Positions 1-10,247 of a DNA stretch of 64,000 nt are shown here, piece after piece (the first letter of the stretch is position 1; the number at the start of each line of letters is the position of its first letter). Below the pieces are notes generated by a model. The model was not told the DNA's origin and ran no database searches. It worked only from the letters and a program-made list of their open reading frames with translations. Source of the DNA: Chloroflexota bacterium (GTDB lineage Bacteria > Chloroflexota > Limnocylindria > P2-11E). The stretch lies in assembly GCA_021787445.1 (NCBI GenBank), contig JAJYLV010000002.1:6340-70339 (forward strand). The letters run 5' to 3'. The position numbers and the translations under genes were made by a program.

Positions 1-9
1 CCTGGCAGC

Positions 10-366
10 ATGTCGTCAGTGAGCTCCCGACGACGGCGTCGTGACCGGCACGCCCGGCGCGGCGATCATCCCGAGCCGCCTGCGGCGCGCGTGCCGGTGA
101 AGAAGGCGGAGGCGCGTCGGCGCGCCGAGTTCGAGGCGCGGATGACCCGCATGCAGCGGATCCGGACGGTCGTCGGGCTGCTCGGCTTCGTCCCGCTCGC
201 CGCGTCGCTCGCCTGCGGCAGCGGCCTCGACATCGTCGGCGTGTGCTCGGTCCCGCGCGAGGTCTACCTCGGGCTGTGGGCGGCGATCGTCGGCACCTTC
301 CTCGGGCTCACCTTCCGGATGTGGCGCGACCGGCGCGCGGAGCGCCGCACGGAGACGGCGTCGTGA
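10..366 (+). CDS. Small membrane protein, hypothetical
   Basis: Two hydrophobic segments (VVGLLGFVPLAASL; YLGLWAAIVGTFLGL); stop overlaps the tsaE start; true start may be GTG at 19. Confidence 0.6.
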   Translation: MSSVSSRRRRRDRHARRGDHPEPPAARVPVKKAEARRRAEFEARMTRMQRIRTVVGLLGFVPLAASLACGSGLDIVGVCSVPREVYLGLWAAIVGTFLGLTFRMWRDRRAERRTETAS

Positions 367-839
367 CCCCCGCGGACTCTGCGGCCACGATCCACACCCG
401 CGCGACGGACGAGACGGAAGCGCTCGGCGAGCGGATCGGCTGCGCCGCCGAAGCCGGCGACGTCGTCGCGCTGTGGGGCGAGCTGGGGTCGGGCAAGACG
501 ACTCTGGTCCGCGGCATCGCGCGCGGGCTCGGCGTTCCCGAGCACGCGGTCACGAGCCCGACGTTCGTGATCGTCCACGAGCACGACGACGGGCGGCTGC
601 CGCTCTTCCACATCGACCTGTACCGGCTCGCACCGGGCGACACGCCGTCGACGGGCTGGGACGAGGCGCTGTCGTCGGGAGGGGTGACCGCGATCGAATG
701 GCCCGACCGCGTCGCGCGATGGCTCCCGCCGGACCGTCTCGACGTCCGGCTGCTCAGCCGCGGGGGGGACGAACGCGAGATCCTCCTCGAAGCGACGGGC
801 CCGCGTTCGGCGCGGCTGCGCGAGGCGGCGCAGCCGTGA
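363..839 (+). CDS. tsaE: tRNA t6A biosynthesis ATPase TsaE
   Basis: GELGSGKTT, SPTF, HIDLYRL and IEWP motifs; GTG at 363 overlaps the upstream stop. Confidence 0.95.
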   Translation: MTPADSAATIHTRATDETEALGERIGCAAEAGDVVALWGELGSGKTTLVRGIARGLGVPEHAVTSPTFVIVHEHDDGRLPLFHIDLYRLAPGDTPSTGWDEALSSGGVTAIEWPDRVARWLPPDRLDVRLLSRGGDEREILLEATGPRSARLREAAQP

Positions 840-1570
840 TCCTGCTGGCCATCGACACCTCGGGCGCGTACGCCTCCGTCGCCGTGTTCGACGGCGCCGC
901 CGTCCTCGGCGAGGTCACCTGGCACGCCCGCCGGCGGCACGACGATCACCTCTTCCCGGCGATCGAGCGGCTCCTCGTCCTCGTCGGCGCGGAGCTCGGC
1001 GACGTGCGGCGCGTCGCGGTCGCGACGGGGCCGGGCTCCTTCACCGGGCTGCGCGTCGGGATCGCCGCCGCGCAGGGGATCGTGCGTGCGTCGGGCGTCG
1101 CGCTGGTCGGCGTCCCCACCTGCGACGTCGTCGCGTATCCCTTCGCGTCGAGCGGCCGTCGGGTGTGCGTTCTCATCGACGCCGGCCGGGGCGAGCACTA
1201 TGCGGCGATGTACCGAACGAGGCGTGGGGTCTGGGGCCGGACGAGCGACATCCGGACCGTCGCGATCGACGACCTCGTGCGCGAGGTCGTGCGGGACACG
1301 ATCTTCGCGGGGGACGTGACGCCGGCGATGGCGCAGGCGCTGCGCGAGCGCCTCGGGCGGCGCGCGATCGTCCCGTCGCCGTCGGCGCTCGTCCGGCGCG
1401 CGGGCCACCTCGCCGAGGTCGGCTGGGCGCGCGCGGAAGCCGGAGAGAGCGTCGAGCCCGACGCGCTCGAGCCCGTATACATCCGTCCCCCGACGATCCG
1501 CGGCCCGGCGGGCGAGATCGTCGCGCCCGCGGGGCCCGAGCCGGCATCCGCGGTGCGGCGGACCTCCTGA
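836..1570 (+). CDS. tsaB: tRNA t6A biosynthesis protein TsaB
   Basis: LAIDTS, GPGSFTGLRVG and IDA motifs; GTGA overlap with tsaE. Confidence 0.95.
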   Translation: MILLAIDTSGAYASVAVFDGAAVLGEVTWHARRRHDDHLFPAIERLLVLVGAELGDVRRVAVATGPGSFTGLRVGIAAAQGIVRASGVALVGVPTCDVVAYPFASSGRRVCVLIDAGRGEHYAAMYRTRRGVWGRTSDIRTVAIDDLVREVVRDTIFAGDVTPAMAQALRERLGRRAIVPSPSALVRRAGHLAEVGWARAEAGESVEPDALEPVYIRPPTIRGPAGEIVAPAGPEPASAVRRTS

Positions 1571-1572
1571 CC

Positions 1573-2094
1573 ATGGTGTCCGTCGCTCCGGTCCTCATCG
1601 AGGACATGACGCTCGAGGACATCGACGCCGTGCAGGCGGTCGAGCGCGCCTCGTTCCCCGTCCCGTGGCCCACGAACGCGTTCCGTCACGAGCTCACGCA
1701 GAACCGGAACGCGCGCTACATCGTCGCCCGCGCCGGCGACGCCGTCGTCGGCTACGGCGGTCTGTGGCTCATGGTCGACGAGGCGCACATCACGACCTTC
1801 GCGGTGCTGCCGGAGCACCGCCGGCAGCGCATCGGCGAGCGGATGCTCCAGCGCCTGTTCGACATCGCCCAGGAGATGGGCGCCGAGTGGCTGACGCTCG
1901 AGGTGCGCGTGTCGAACCTCCCGGCGCAGCGCCTCTACGAGAAGTACGGGTTCCGCCGGGCCGGGGTGCGGCGACGGTACTACTCGGACAACAACGAGGA
2001 CGCGCTCATCATGTGGACGGACCGCATCAAGGACCACGCCGTGCGCGAGCGGCTCGCCCAGCTGAAGCGCGCTCTCGAGCAGAGCCCGACATGA
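1573..2094 (+). CDS. rimI: Ribosomal-protein alanine N-acetyltransferase RimI
   Basis: EAHIT, LEVRVSN, LYEKYGF and RRYYSDNNEDALIM motifs; tsaB-rimI-tsaD synteny. Confidence 0.93.
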   Translation: MVSVAPVLIEDMTLEDIDAVQAVERASFPVPWPTNAFRHELTQNRNARYIVARAGDAVVGYGGLWLMVDEAHITTFAVLPEHRRQRIGERMLQRLFDIAQEMGAEWLTLEVRVSNLPAQRLYEKYGFRRAGVRRRYYSDNNEDALIMWTDRIKDHAVRERLAQLKRALEQSPT

Positions 2095-3092
2095 GGATCC
2101 TCTCCGTCGAGACGAGCTGCGACGAGACGGGCGTCGCGATCGTCGAGGACGGGCGGCGGATCGTCTCGAACGTCGTCGCGTCGCAGACCGCGCACGAGCG
2201 GACGGGCGGGATCGTGCCCGAGGTCGCGGCGCGCGAGCATCTGCGCCAGCTCGACCCCATCGCGAGCGAAGCGCTGCGCCGCGCGAACACGAGGCTCGAC
2301 GACGTCGACGCGATCGCGGCGACGGTCGGGCCGGGTCTCATCGGAGCGCTCCTCGTCGGCGCGAACTACGCGCGCGGGCTCGCGTTCGCCGCGCGCAAGC
2401 GTTTCGTGGGCGTCAATCATCTCGAGGGCCACGTGTACGCGAACTGGCTGTACCAGGGCGCCGAGGCGCCGCCGGAGCCCGACCTGCCCGCGGTCGTCCT
2501 CGTCGTCAGCGGCGCGCACAGCGACCTCGTCCTCATGGAGGACCACCGTCGCTTCCGGCTTCTGGGGCGGACGATCGACGACGCCGCCGGCGAGGCGTAT
2601 GACAAGGTCGCGCGGCTCCTCGGCCTCGGCTTTCCCGGCGGGCCGCTCATCGAGCGCGCCGCACGCGAGGGCGACCCGCGGGCGTTCACGCTCCCGAAGG
2701 CCGACCTCGCGGGGCGCTACGACGTGTCGTTCAGCGGGCTCAAGACCGCTGTCCTGCGACTCGTCCGGGACCTGGAGAAGAAGGGGGCGGTGCCCGCGCC
2801 CGACCTAGCCGCCTCGTTCCAGCGGACCATCAACGAGATGCTCGCGGAGCGGGTCGCGCGCGCTGCCGCGGAGTTCGACGTGCGCGCCGTCATGCTCGGC
2901 GGCGGCGTCGCCGCCAACCTCGCGCTGCGCGAGGAGATCACCCGGCGCGTGTCGCTGCCGCTGCGGGTGCCTCCGCCGAAGCTGTGTATCGACAACGGCG
3001 CCATGATCGGCGCCGCGGCGTTCTTCTCGCTGCGCTACCGGAGCGAGGACATACCGACGCTCGTGCGGTCGGGCCTCGCGCTCGCGCATTGA
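2091..3092 (+). CDS. tsaD: tRNA N6-adenosine threonylcarbamoyltransferase TsaD
   Basis: ETSCDET, GGIVPEVAAREH, NHLEGH, DDAAGEAYDK, SFSGLKT and DNGAMI motifs. Confidence 0.97.
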   Translation: MRILSVETSCDETGVAIVEDGRRIVSNVVASQTAHERTGGIVPEVAAREHLRQLDPIASEALRRANTRLDDVDAIAATVGPGLIGALLVGANYARGLAFAARKRFVGVNHLEGHVYANWLYQGAEAPPEPDLPAVVLVVSGAHSDLVLMEDHRRFRLLGRTIDDAAGEAYDKVARLLGLGFPGGPLIERAAREGDPRAFTLPKADLAGRYDVSFSGLKTAVLRLVRDLEKKGAVPAPDLAASFQRTINEMLAERVARAAAEFDVRAVMLGGGVAANLALREEITRRVSLPLRVPPPKLCIDNGAMIGAAAFFSLRYRSEDIPTLVRSGLALAH

Positions 3093-3553
3093 GCGGCGGC
3101 CGCGTCGAGCTCGTCGCGGCTCTCGACGACGCCGCGGCCCGAGCCGCGCGCGCGGAGACGGACCCGGCGTCGGTCGCGCCGCTCCTCCTGCGCATCCTCA
3201 CCGCCGCGGGCGCGACGCCCGAGGTGACGGACGCGCTCGCCGACGTTCCCGCCGCGCGCGCGCTGCTGCGCGTCACCGACGCCGGTGCCGCGATCGAGCT
3301 GTCGGCCGGCGAGGGCCGGATCGCGGCGGAGGTCGCCGATACGAGAGGGACGGGACCGAAGATCGACGCGTCCGCCGCGACGTGGCTCGGCCTCCTCGGC
3401 GGGACGCTCCGTCCGTGGCTCGCGTTCACGCGCGGCCTCGTCGTCTGCCGCGCGGGGCTCAACGAGCTGCGCTGGATCCAGAGCGTCGCCGACCGGCTGC
3501 AGCGCGGGTACGAGCGCGCGCGCGCAGCGGAGGCGGCACGCTCCGGCCGGTGA
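3089..3553 (+). CDS. SCP2 sterol/lipid-binding-like domain protein
   Basis: C-terminal pattern ATWLGLLGGTLRPWLAFTRG resembles SCP2 domains; TTG overlapping the tsaD stop (start uncertain). Confidence 0.5.
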   Translation: MSGGRVELVAALDDAAARAARAETDPASVAPLLLRILTAAGATPEVTDALADVPAARALLRVTDAGAAIELSAGEGRIAAEVADTRGTGPKIDASAATWLGLLGGTLRPWLAFTRGLVVCRAGLNELRWIQSVADRLQRGYERARAAEAARSGR

Positions 3554-3566
3554 TAGCGTCGGCGAC

Positions 3567-4352
3567 GTGACGGAGGCCTCCTCCGCGCCGCGCCCGGGCG
3601 GCGAGCGCCCCGACGGGGCGGCGGACACACGCGCCAAGGTCCATCGCGCCGAGACCAAGACCAAGACGCCACAGGAGGCCAAGAAGGCGGGCCCGACGCT
3701 CGACGCCGTGCGCGGCGACGAGCGCGTGCGGACCTACATCCGCTCGGCGAATCAGCAGATGGGCGCGATCGGATACACGGAGCACGGCGAGCGCCACGCG
3801 AACACGTGCGCGGACGGCGCGCGCTTCATCCTCCGCTCGCTCGGCCACGAGCCGCGCCGCTGCGAGCTCGCGGCCATCGCGGCGTACCTCCACGACATCG
3901 GGAACGTCATCACGCGCGAGAAGCACGGCCAGACGGGCGCGCTCCTGGCCAAGGACATCCTCGAGGACCTCGGGTTCGACCACGAGGAGATCGCGATCGT
4001 CATGGGCGCCGTCGCGAACCACGAGGAGGAGGAGGGCGGCACGGCCGTCAGCCCCGTCTCGGCGGCGGTCATCCTCGCGGACAAGAGCGACGTCCACCGC
4101 AGCCGCGTGCGGAACCCGAAGACGACGGCGTTCGACATCCACGACCGCGTGAACTACGCGGCGACCTCGGCGGAGATCAAGGTGAGCCGCAAGGAGAAGC
4201 AGATCGCGCTCTACCTCACGATCGACACCGAGGTGGCGGCGCTCATGGAGTACTTCGAGATCTTCCTCTCGCGCATGGTGCTGTGCCGCCGTGCCGCGGA
4301 GTTCCTGCACTGCTCGTTCGCGCTCGTCATCAACGACACCCGTCTGCTTTGA
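3567..4352 (+). CDS. HD-domain phosphohydrolase
   Basis: TEHGERH, YLHDIGN, ANH and ADKSDVHRSRV motifs. Confidence 0.88.
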   Translation: MTEASSAPRPGGERPDGAADTRAKVHRAETKTKTPQEAKKAGPTLDAVRGDERVRTYIRSANQQMGAIGYTEHGERHANTCADGARFILRSLGHEPRRCELAAIAAYLHDIGNVITREKHGQTGALLAKDILEDLGFDHEEIAIVMGAVANHEEEEGGTAVSPVSAAVILADKSDVHRSRVRNPKTTAFDIHDRVNYAATSAEIKVSRKEKQIALYLTIDTEVAALMEYFEIFLSRMVLCRRAAEFLHCSFALVINDTRLL

Positions 4353-4642
4353 CCGCTGTATGACCAGCGCTCGGCTCGCTCGTAGGCCCCGAGCGGCCGG
4401 CTTCCGGCGCCGGCCGAGGTGACCCCTATCGGCGCGAGGCGGGGTGATGTCGCGGCGGGCGAAGGCGATCTCGCGAGGGCCCGCGACCGGGCCCCGGCGG
4501 GCGCAAGGCACGTCCCGGACAGGTGAGGGGCCGGGGGGAGCAGGCCCGGAGCGAGACGCCGAGACCGCCAGCGGGTGGGTCAACCCGCCGAGCGCCGATC
4601 AGCAGAACGCTGACCCGCGCCGATCGCGCGAGAATGCGGGTC

Positions 4643-5080
4643 GTGCCCGGCCGGAAGACGACGAGGCGAGTGAAGGACGCGGTGGCGGCCGGAGGCGTCG
4701 TGATACGCAAGGGCGAGCGCGGCACCGAGGTCGTGCTCGCCGGACGCGAGGGCATGTGGGTCCTCCCCAAGGGAACGCCCGACCTCGCGGAGCGCATCGA
4801 GGACACCGCGACGCGCGAGGTGCGCGAGGAGACCGGCCTCGACGTGCGCATCGTGCGGCCGCTGGGCTCCATCGAGTACTGGTTCGCGCTGCCGCGGCAG
4901 CGCGTGCACAAGGTCGTGCACTTCTTCCTCATGGAGCCGCTCGGCGGCGACACCTCCCGGCACGATCACGAGTACGAGGAGGTCCGCTGGGTGCCCGTCG
5001 ACGAAGCGCGGCGCCTCCTCTCGTTCGATACCTATCGCGAGATGCTCGAGCGGGCCCTCATCGACGAGGAGGCGGCGTGA
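4643..5080 (+). CDS. NUDIX hydrolase
   Basis: LPKG...EDTATREVREETGL Nudix box; start at 4643 or 4634. Confidence 0.9.
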   Translation: MPGRKTTRRVKDAVAAGGVVIRKGERGTEVVLAGREGMWVLPKGTPDLAERIEDTATREVREETGLDVRIVRPLGSIEYWFALPRQRVHKVVHFFLMEPLGGDTSRHDHEYEEVRWVPVDEARRLLSFDTYREMLERALIDEEAA

Positions 5081-6201
5081 GCGCGGTCGGAACGCTCCGG
5101 CGCACGCCGCTCTACGAGGAGCACCTCGCGCTCGGCGCGAAGATGGTCCCCTTCGCGGGGTGGGAGATGCCCATCCAGTACCCGACCGGGATCGTCGCCG
5201 AGCACCGCGCCGTCCGCTCCGCCGCCGGCATCTTCGACCTCTCGCATATGGGCGAGGCGTACCTGCGCGGCCCGAAGGCCCTCGCCGCCGTCGACGAGCT
5301 CGTCTCGAGCGACATCGCGGGGCTCGCCGTCGGGCAGGCGCGCTACGGGCTCCTGTGCAACGAGCGCGGGACGATCGTCGACGACGTGATCGTCTACCGC
5401 GTCGCGCCGGAGACCGTCCTGATCTGCGTCAACGCCTCGAACCGCGAGAAGGACGTCGCGCACATGCGTGCGCACCTGCCGTCCGACGTCGCCTTCGAGG
5501 ACGCGTCGCTCGCCACCGCGCTCATCGCGGTGCAGGGCCCCCGCGCCGCGGCCATCCTCGCGTCCGTCGCGGCGCCGTCGGCCGGAGGATCGATCGCGAG
5601 CGTCGCGCCCTTCGCGGTCACCGGCGCGAGCGTCGCGGGCGAGCGCGCGCACGTCGCGCGGACCGGATACACGGGCGAGGACGGCTTCGAGATCTTCGTC
5701 GCGTGGGACCGCGCCGCGGGACCATGGTCGCGCCTCCTGGACGCGGGCCGCGGCGGCCTCACGCCGACGGGCCTCGGCGCGCGGGACACGCTGCGGCTCG
5801 AGTCGCGCTACTCGCTCTACGGGAACGAGATCGACGAGACGACGGATCCGATCGAGGCCGGCCTCGGGTGGACGTGCAAGCTGGACAAGGACTTCATCGG
5901 GCGCGACGCGATCGCGGCGGCCAAGGAGCGCGGGCCCTCGCGGCGCATCGTCGGCCTCGTCGTCGACGGCGGCGTGGCGCGGCACGGCTTCGCCGTCGTG
6001 AAGGACGGCCGCGATGTCGGGACGGTGACGAGCGGCACGTTCGGTCCGACCGTCGGCAAGAACATCGCGCTCGCCTACGTCCCCGTCGCGCTGGCGAATG
6101 TCGGGACCGAGCTCGCCGTCCGTATCCGCGACCGCGAGGTCCCCGCTCGGGTGGTGAAGACACCCTTCTATTCACGGAAGGAGAAGGTGGGAGCAGCGTG
6201 A
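5077..6201 (+). CDS. gcvT: Glycine cleavage system aminomethyltransferase T
   Basis: [25 protein letters not shown] and [11 protein letters not shown] motifs. Confidence 0.97.
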   Translation: MSAVGTLRRTPLYEEHLALGAKMVPFAGWEMPIQYPTGIVAEHRAVRSAAGIFDLSHMGEAYLRGPKALAAVDELVSSDIAGLAVGQARYGLLCNERGTIVDDVIVYRVAPETVLICVNASNREKDVAHMRAHLPSDVAFEDASLATALIAVQGPRAAAILASVAAPSAGGSIASVAPFAVTGASVAGERAHVARTGYTGEDGFEIFVAWDRAAGPWSRLLDAGRGGLTPTGLGARDTLRLESRYSLYGNEIDETTDPIEAGLGWTCKLDKDFIGRDAIAAAKERGPSRRIVGLVVDGGVARHGFAVVKDGRDVGTVTSGTFGPTVGKNIALAYVPVALANVGTELAVRIRDREVPARVVKTPFYSRKEKVGAA

Positions 6202-6596
6202 GCGTTCCAGATGACCTTCGGTATTCGAAGGAGCACGAGTGGGTCCGCGTCAACGGCGACGTCGCGACCGTCGGGATCACGCACTTCGCGCAGGAGCAGC
6301 TGGGCGACGTCGTCTTCGTCGAGCTCCCCGACCAGGGCGCGAGCGTGCGCCAGTTCTCGAGCCTCGGCGTCGTGGAGTCCGTGAAGGCTGCGTCCGACGT
6401 CTACGCGCCCGTGTCGGGCGAGATCGTCGAGCGGAACGCGCAGGTGGTCGAGAAGCCCGAGCTCGTGAACCAGGAGCCGTACGGGAACGGCTGGCTCGTG
6501 AAGGTCCGCCTCACCGACACGGCCGAGGTGGGGACGCTCCTGTCGCCCGCCGACTATCGCGCGCACATCGGCGAGACCGCGCCTTCGGGCGCCTGA
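6198..6596 (+). CDS. gcvH: Glycine cleavage system H protein
   Basis: YSKEHEW, LGDVVFVELP and the VESVKAASD lipoyl-lysine motif. Confidence 0.97.
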   Translation: MSVPDDLRYSKEHEWVRVNGDVATVGITHFAQEQLGDVVFVELPDQGASVRQFSSLGVVESVKAASDVYAPVSGEIVERNAQVVEKPELVNQEPYGNGWLVKVRLTDTAEVGTLLSPADYRAHIGETAPSGA

Positions 6597-6598
6597 GC

Positions 6599-7951
6599 GT
6601 GAACCGCAACCCCTACTCCCCGCACACCGAGGCCGACCGCCGCGAGATGCTCGCGGCGATCGGGGTCTCGAGCGTCGACGACCTGCTCGGCGCGATCCCC
6701 GCCGACGCGCGGCGTCCCGCGCTCGGCCTGCCCGCGGGGATGTCGGAGGCGGAGGTGCAGTCGCACCTCGCGTCGCTCGCGGCACGCGACAGGCCCGCGG
6801 GCGCGGGCCCCTTCTTCCTCGGCGGGCCCGTGCAGCGGCGCTACATCCCGGCCGCCGTGCCGGCGCTCGCGTACCGCGGCGAGTTCCTCACGGCGTACAC
6901 GCCGTACCAGCCGGAGATCAGCCAAGGCACGCTCCAGTCGGTCTTCGAGTACCAGTCGCTCATGAGCGAGCTCCTCGCGATGGACGTCGTCAACTCGTCG
7001 ATGTACGAAGGCGCGTCCGCCGTCGCGGAAGCGGCGCTCATGGCCGTCCGCCTCACCGGACGCAAGCGGGTCGTCGTCGCGACCGAGGTCTATTACCAGT
7101 ACCGCGAGACGCTGCGCACCTACGCACGAGGACCCGAGCTCGAGATCGTCGAGGTGGCCACACGCGACCTCGCGCCGAGCGCCGCGGGCGCGGCGTGCCT
7201 CATCGTGCAGCATCCCGACGCGCTGGGCACGCTCGTCGACGTCCGTCCCGTCGCTGACGCGGCGCATGCCGCGGGCGCGCTGTGCGTGCAGGTGACCGAG
7301 CCGCACGCGTGCGCTCTCCTCGAGCCGCCCGGGAAGCTCGGCGCGGACATCGTCGTCGGCGAGGGCCAGCCTCTCGGCATCCCCATGTCGTTCGGCGGCC
7401 CCTATCTCGGGATCATCGCCTGTCGTGACGCGCTCGTGCGGCAGCTCCCCGGTCGCATCGTCGGGGAGACGCGCGACGCCAACGGGACGAGGGGCTTCGT
7501 GAATACGCTCCAGACGCGCGAGCAGCACATCCGCCGCGAGAAGGCGACGAGCAACATCTGCACGAACGAAGCGATCGCGGCGATCGTCGCGTCCGTGTAC
7601 CTCGCGCTCATGGGGCCACGGGGGCTCCGCGCCGCGGCGGGTCTCGGCGTCGAGCGCGCGCACCGTCTCGCCGAGCGGCTCTCGGCGCTCGAAGGCTGCC
7701 GGATCGGCGACGAGGGGCCATTCTTCGACCGCTTCCTCCTCGCGACCCCGCTCGACGAACGGACGCTGCACGACGCGCTGGAGCTCGACGGGATCGAGGC
7801 CGGAGGCGTCGCGGGTGCCGACGGCTACCCGGGCCGGAGCGGGCTCGTCGTGCAGTGCACCGAGATGACCACCGAGGCCGAGATGGATGCGCTCGTGCGC
7901 GGCGTGACGCGCATCGTCACCGGATCGGGCGAGAAGGCCGCTGCGGGGTGA
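6599..7951 (+). CDS. gcvPA: Glycine dehydrogenase subunit 1
   Basis: TAYTPYQPEISQGTLQ and REQHIRREKATSNICTN motifs. Confidence 0.96.
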   Translation: MNRNPYSPHTEADRREMLAAIGVSSVDDLLGAIPADARRPALGLPAGMSEAEVQSHLASLAARDRPAGAGPFFLGGPVQRRYIPAAVPALAYRGEFLTAYTPYQPEISQGTLQSVFEYQSLMSELLAMDVVNSSMYEGASAVAEAALMAVRLTGRKRVVVATEVYYQYRETLRTYARGPELEIVEVATRDLAPSAAGAACLIVQHPDALGTLVDVRPVADAAHAAGALCVQVTEPHACALLEPPGKLGADIVVGEGQPLGIPMSFGGPYLGIIACRDALVRQLPGRIVGETRDANGTRGFVNTLQTREQHIRREKATSNICTNEAIAAIVASVYLALMGPRGLRAAAGLGVERAHRLAERLSALEGCRIGDEGPFFDRFLLATPLDERTLHDALELDGIEAGGVAGADGYPGRSGLVVQCTEMTTEAEMDALVRGVTRIVTGSGEKAAAG

Positions 7952-9444
7952 GGCTGCCCGCGTCCGGCGCCACGACCGCCGCCCCCGTGCTCGAGCCGCT
8001 CCTCTTCGAGCTCGAGCGTGAGGGCCGCGCCGGCCGCCACGTCCGCGGCGGGGAGAACGCGGATGCGCTGATCCCCGCGGGGTTCCGGCGCGGCGAGCCT
8101 CTGCGGCTGCCGCAGGTGACGGAGTCGCAGGTCGTGCGGCACTACATGCACCTCTCCGAGGTCAACTACTCGGTGGACACCGGCATGTACCCGCTCGGAT
8201 CGTGCACGATGAAGTACAACCCGAAGGTGAACGACCGGGTCGCCGCGCTGCCCGGCCTCGCCGACCTCCACCCGCGGCAGGACGACGCGAGCGTCCAGGG
8301 CGCGCTCGCCCTCCTGTGGGAGCTCGAGCGGATGCTCGTCAAGATCACCGGGATGGACGCCGCGACGCTCCAGCCGGCCGCGGGGGCGCACGCCGAGTTC
8401 ACGGCGATGCTCGTCTTCAAGGCCTACCACGCGTGGCGTGGCGAAGGCGCGACGCGCCGCCGCATGATCGTCCCCGACTCGGCGCACGGCACCAACCCCG
8501 CCTCCGCCGCGATGTGCGGGTTCGAGGTCACCACCGTCAAGAGCGACGCGCGCGGCAACATCGACCTCGACGCCCTCACGGCCGCGCTCGGACCCGACGT
8601 CGTCGGGCTCATGCTCACGAATCCGAACACGCTCGGCCTCTTCGAGGAGCGCGTGCGGGCCGTGTGCGATGCCGTCCACGCCGCCGGCGGCCTCGTGTAC
8701 GGCGACGGCGCGAACATGAACGCGCTCCTCGGCCTGACGCGACCAGGCGATCTCGGGCTCGACTGCATCCACATCAACGTCCACAAGACGTTCTCGACGC
8801 CTCACGGCGGCGGTGGCCCGGGTGCGGGACCGCTCTGCGTCAAGGAGCGCCTGCGCCCCTTCCTGCCGGGGCCGGGTGTCGTCCGCGAGGCCGACGGAAC
8901 GTTCCGCCGCTCCTCCGACGACCGTCCGCGGAGCATCGGGCGCGTTCGCAGCTTCTTCGGGAGCTTCGGAGTGCTCGTGCGCGCCTACGCGTACATGCGG
9001 ACGCTCGGCGAGGAGGGCATGGTCGAGACGTCGGAGGACGCCATCCTCGCCGCGAACTACCTCGCGGCGCGCCTCAAGGGGCGGTACGCGCTCGCGTACG
9101 ACCGGCCGTGCATGCACGAATTCGTCCTCAGCGCCGCCGCGCAGAAGAAGAAGGGCGCGGCGGCGCTCGACATCGCGAAGGCGCTCATCGACGAGGGCTT
9201 CCACCCGTCGAGCGTGTACTTCCCGCTCATCGTCCCGGAGGCGATGATGATCGAGCCGACGGAGACGGAGCCGAAGGAGACGCTCGACGCCTTCGCCGAC
9301 GCGCTCCTACGGATCGCCGACCGCGTCGAGTCCGATCCCGCCCCGCTGCACGACGCTCCGCTGACCGCTCCGCTGCGACGGCTGGACGAGGTGACCGCCG
9401 CGCGCCATCCCGTTCTCCGATGGAAGCCGCCGAGCCGGCCGTAA
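7948..9444 (+). CDS. gcvPB: Glycine dehydrogenase subunit 2
   Basis: PLGSCTMKYNP, HKTFSTPHGGGGPG and IEPTETE motifs. Confidence 0.96.
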   Translation: MRLPASGATTAAPVLEPLLFELEREGRAGRHVRGGENADALIPAGFRRGEPLRLPQVTESQVVRHYMHLSEVNYSVDTGMYPLGSCTMKYNPKVNDRVAALPGLADLHPRQDDASVQGALALLWELERMLVKITGMDAATLQPAAGAHAEFTAMLVFKAYHAWRGEGATRRRMIVPDSAHGTNPASAAMCGFEVTTVKSDARGNIDLDALTAALGPDVVGLMLTNPNTLGLFEERVRAVCDAVHAAGGLVYGDGANMNALLGLTRPGDLGLDCIHINVHKTFSTPHGGGGPGAGPLCVKERLRPFLPGPGVVREADGTFRRSSDDRPRSIGRVRSFFGSFGVLVRAYAYMRTLGEEGMVETSEDAILAANYLAARLKGRYALAYDRPCMHEFVLSAAAQKKKGAAALDIAKALIDEGFHPSSVYFPLIVPEAMMIEPTETEPKETLDAFADALLRIADRVESDPAPLHDAPLTAPLRRLDEVTAARHPVLRWKPPSRP

Positions 9445-9461
9445 CGCGCGTGCGTGTGGCG

Positions 9462-10247
9462 ATGGTGGTGCCGCCCCAGGCCGTTGTCTTCGAACCCGCC
9501 GCCGACCTGCGCGCGTCAGCGAGCGACGATGCCGAGCTGGTCGACCAGGTCCATTACAGAGAGCACCTGCGCGTGCTCGCGTCGCGAGACGGATGGCATC
9601 ACGTGCAGGCCGAGGATCATTACTTCGGCTGGGTCCGGCAGGACGCCATCGGGCTCGTGGAGGCGAGCGTCCACGGTCCGATCGTCGACGTCCCCCTCGC
9701 CGCGATCCGCCGGCGCCCCGATCGGTCATCCGAGGTCGTCGGCCATCTGCCGGCCGGCACGCCGCTCACGCAGCAGTCGTCGGAGCAGGTGGGCTGGGCG
9801 TGGGTCGACATCCGTCGACGGGGTGACATCGCCGCGCTGACGGGATACGTGTCGCTCGACGATTCCATCGACCTCGGCACGCTCCCGTACCGGCCGCCGA
9901 CGCCGGACGACCTCATCGCCACCGCGGAGGCGTTCGTGGGCGTTCCGTACCTATGGGGAGGGACCACCGGCCTCGGTCTCGACTGCAGTGGCTACGTGCA
10001 GCAGGTGTACGGTCTGAACGGTCTCCGTCTGGACCGGGATGCGGACCAGCAGGCCTTGGAGGGTCGAGCGGTGGATCGGGCCGCGCGCGGCGACCTGGTG
10101 TTCTTCGGCCGCGAGCGCGTGACGCACGTCGGCCTCGCTCGTGACGCGCGCACGATGCTCAACGCGCGCGGAGGACGGCAGGTGGAGGTCGACGACATCG
10201 ACAGCATCGGCGTCGGCGTGCTCGCGGTCCGGCGGTACTTGCCGTGA
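9462..10247 (+). CDS. NlpC/P60 (C40) peptidase with SH3-like N-terminus, YkfC/dipeptidyl-peptidase VI-like
   Basis: PYLWGG...DCSG...RDADQQ...GDLVFF...HVG; no signal peptide seen; start approximate. Confidence 0.85.
   Translation: MVVPPQAVVFEPAADLRASASDDAELVDQVHYREHLRVLASRDGWHHVQAEDHYFGWVRQDAIGLVEASVHGPIVDVPLAAIRRRPDRSSEVVGHLPAGTPLTQQSSEQVGWAWVDIRRRGDIAALTGYVSLDDSIDLGTLPYRPPTPDDLIATAEAFVGVPYLWGGTTGLGLDCSGYVQQVYGLNGLRLDRDADQQALEGRAVDRAARGDLVFFGRERVTHVGLARDARTMLNARGGRQVEVDDIDSIGVGVLAVRRYLP

Noticed and set aside
4360-4422. Arg-rich 20-aa leader peptide MTSARLARRPRAAGFRRRPR
   Set aside because: No SD, Arg richness is expected at this GC content, and downstream genes are unrelated to arginine
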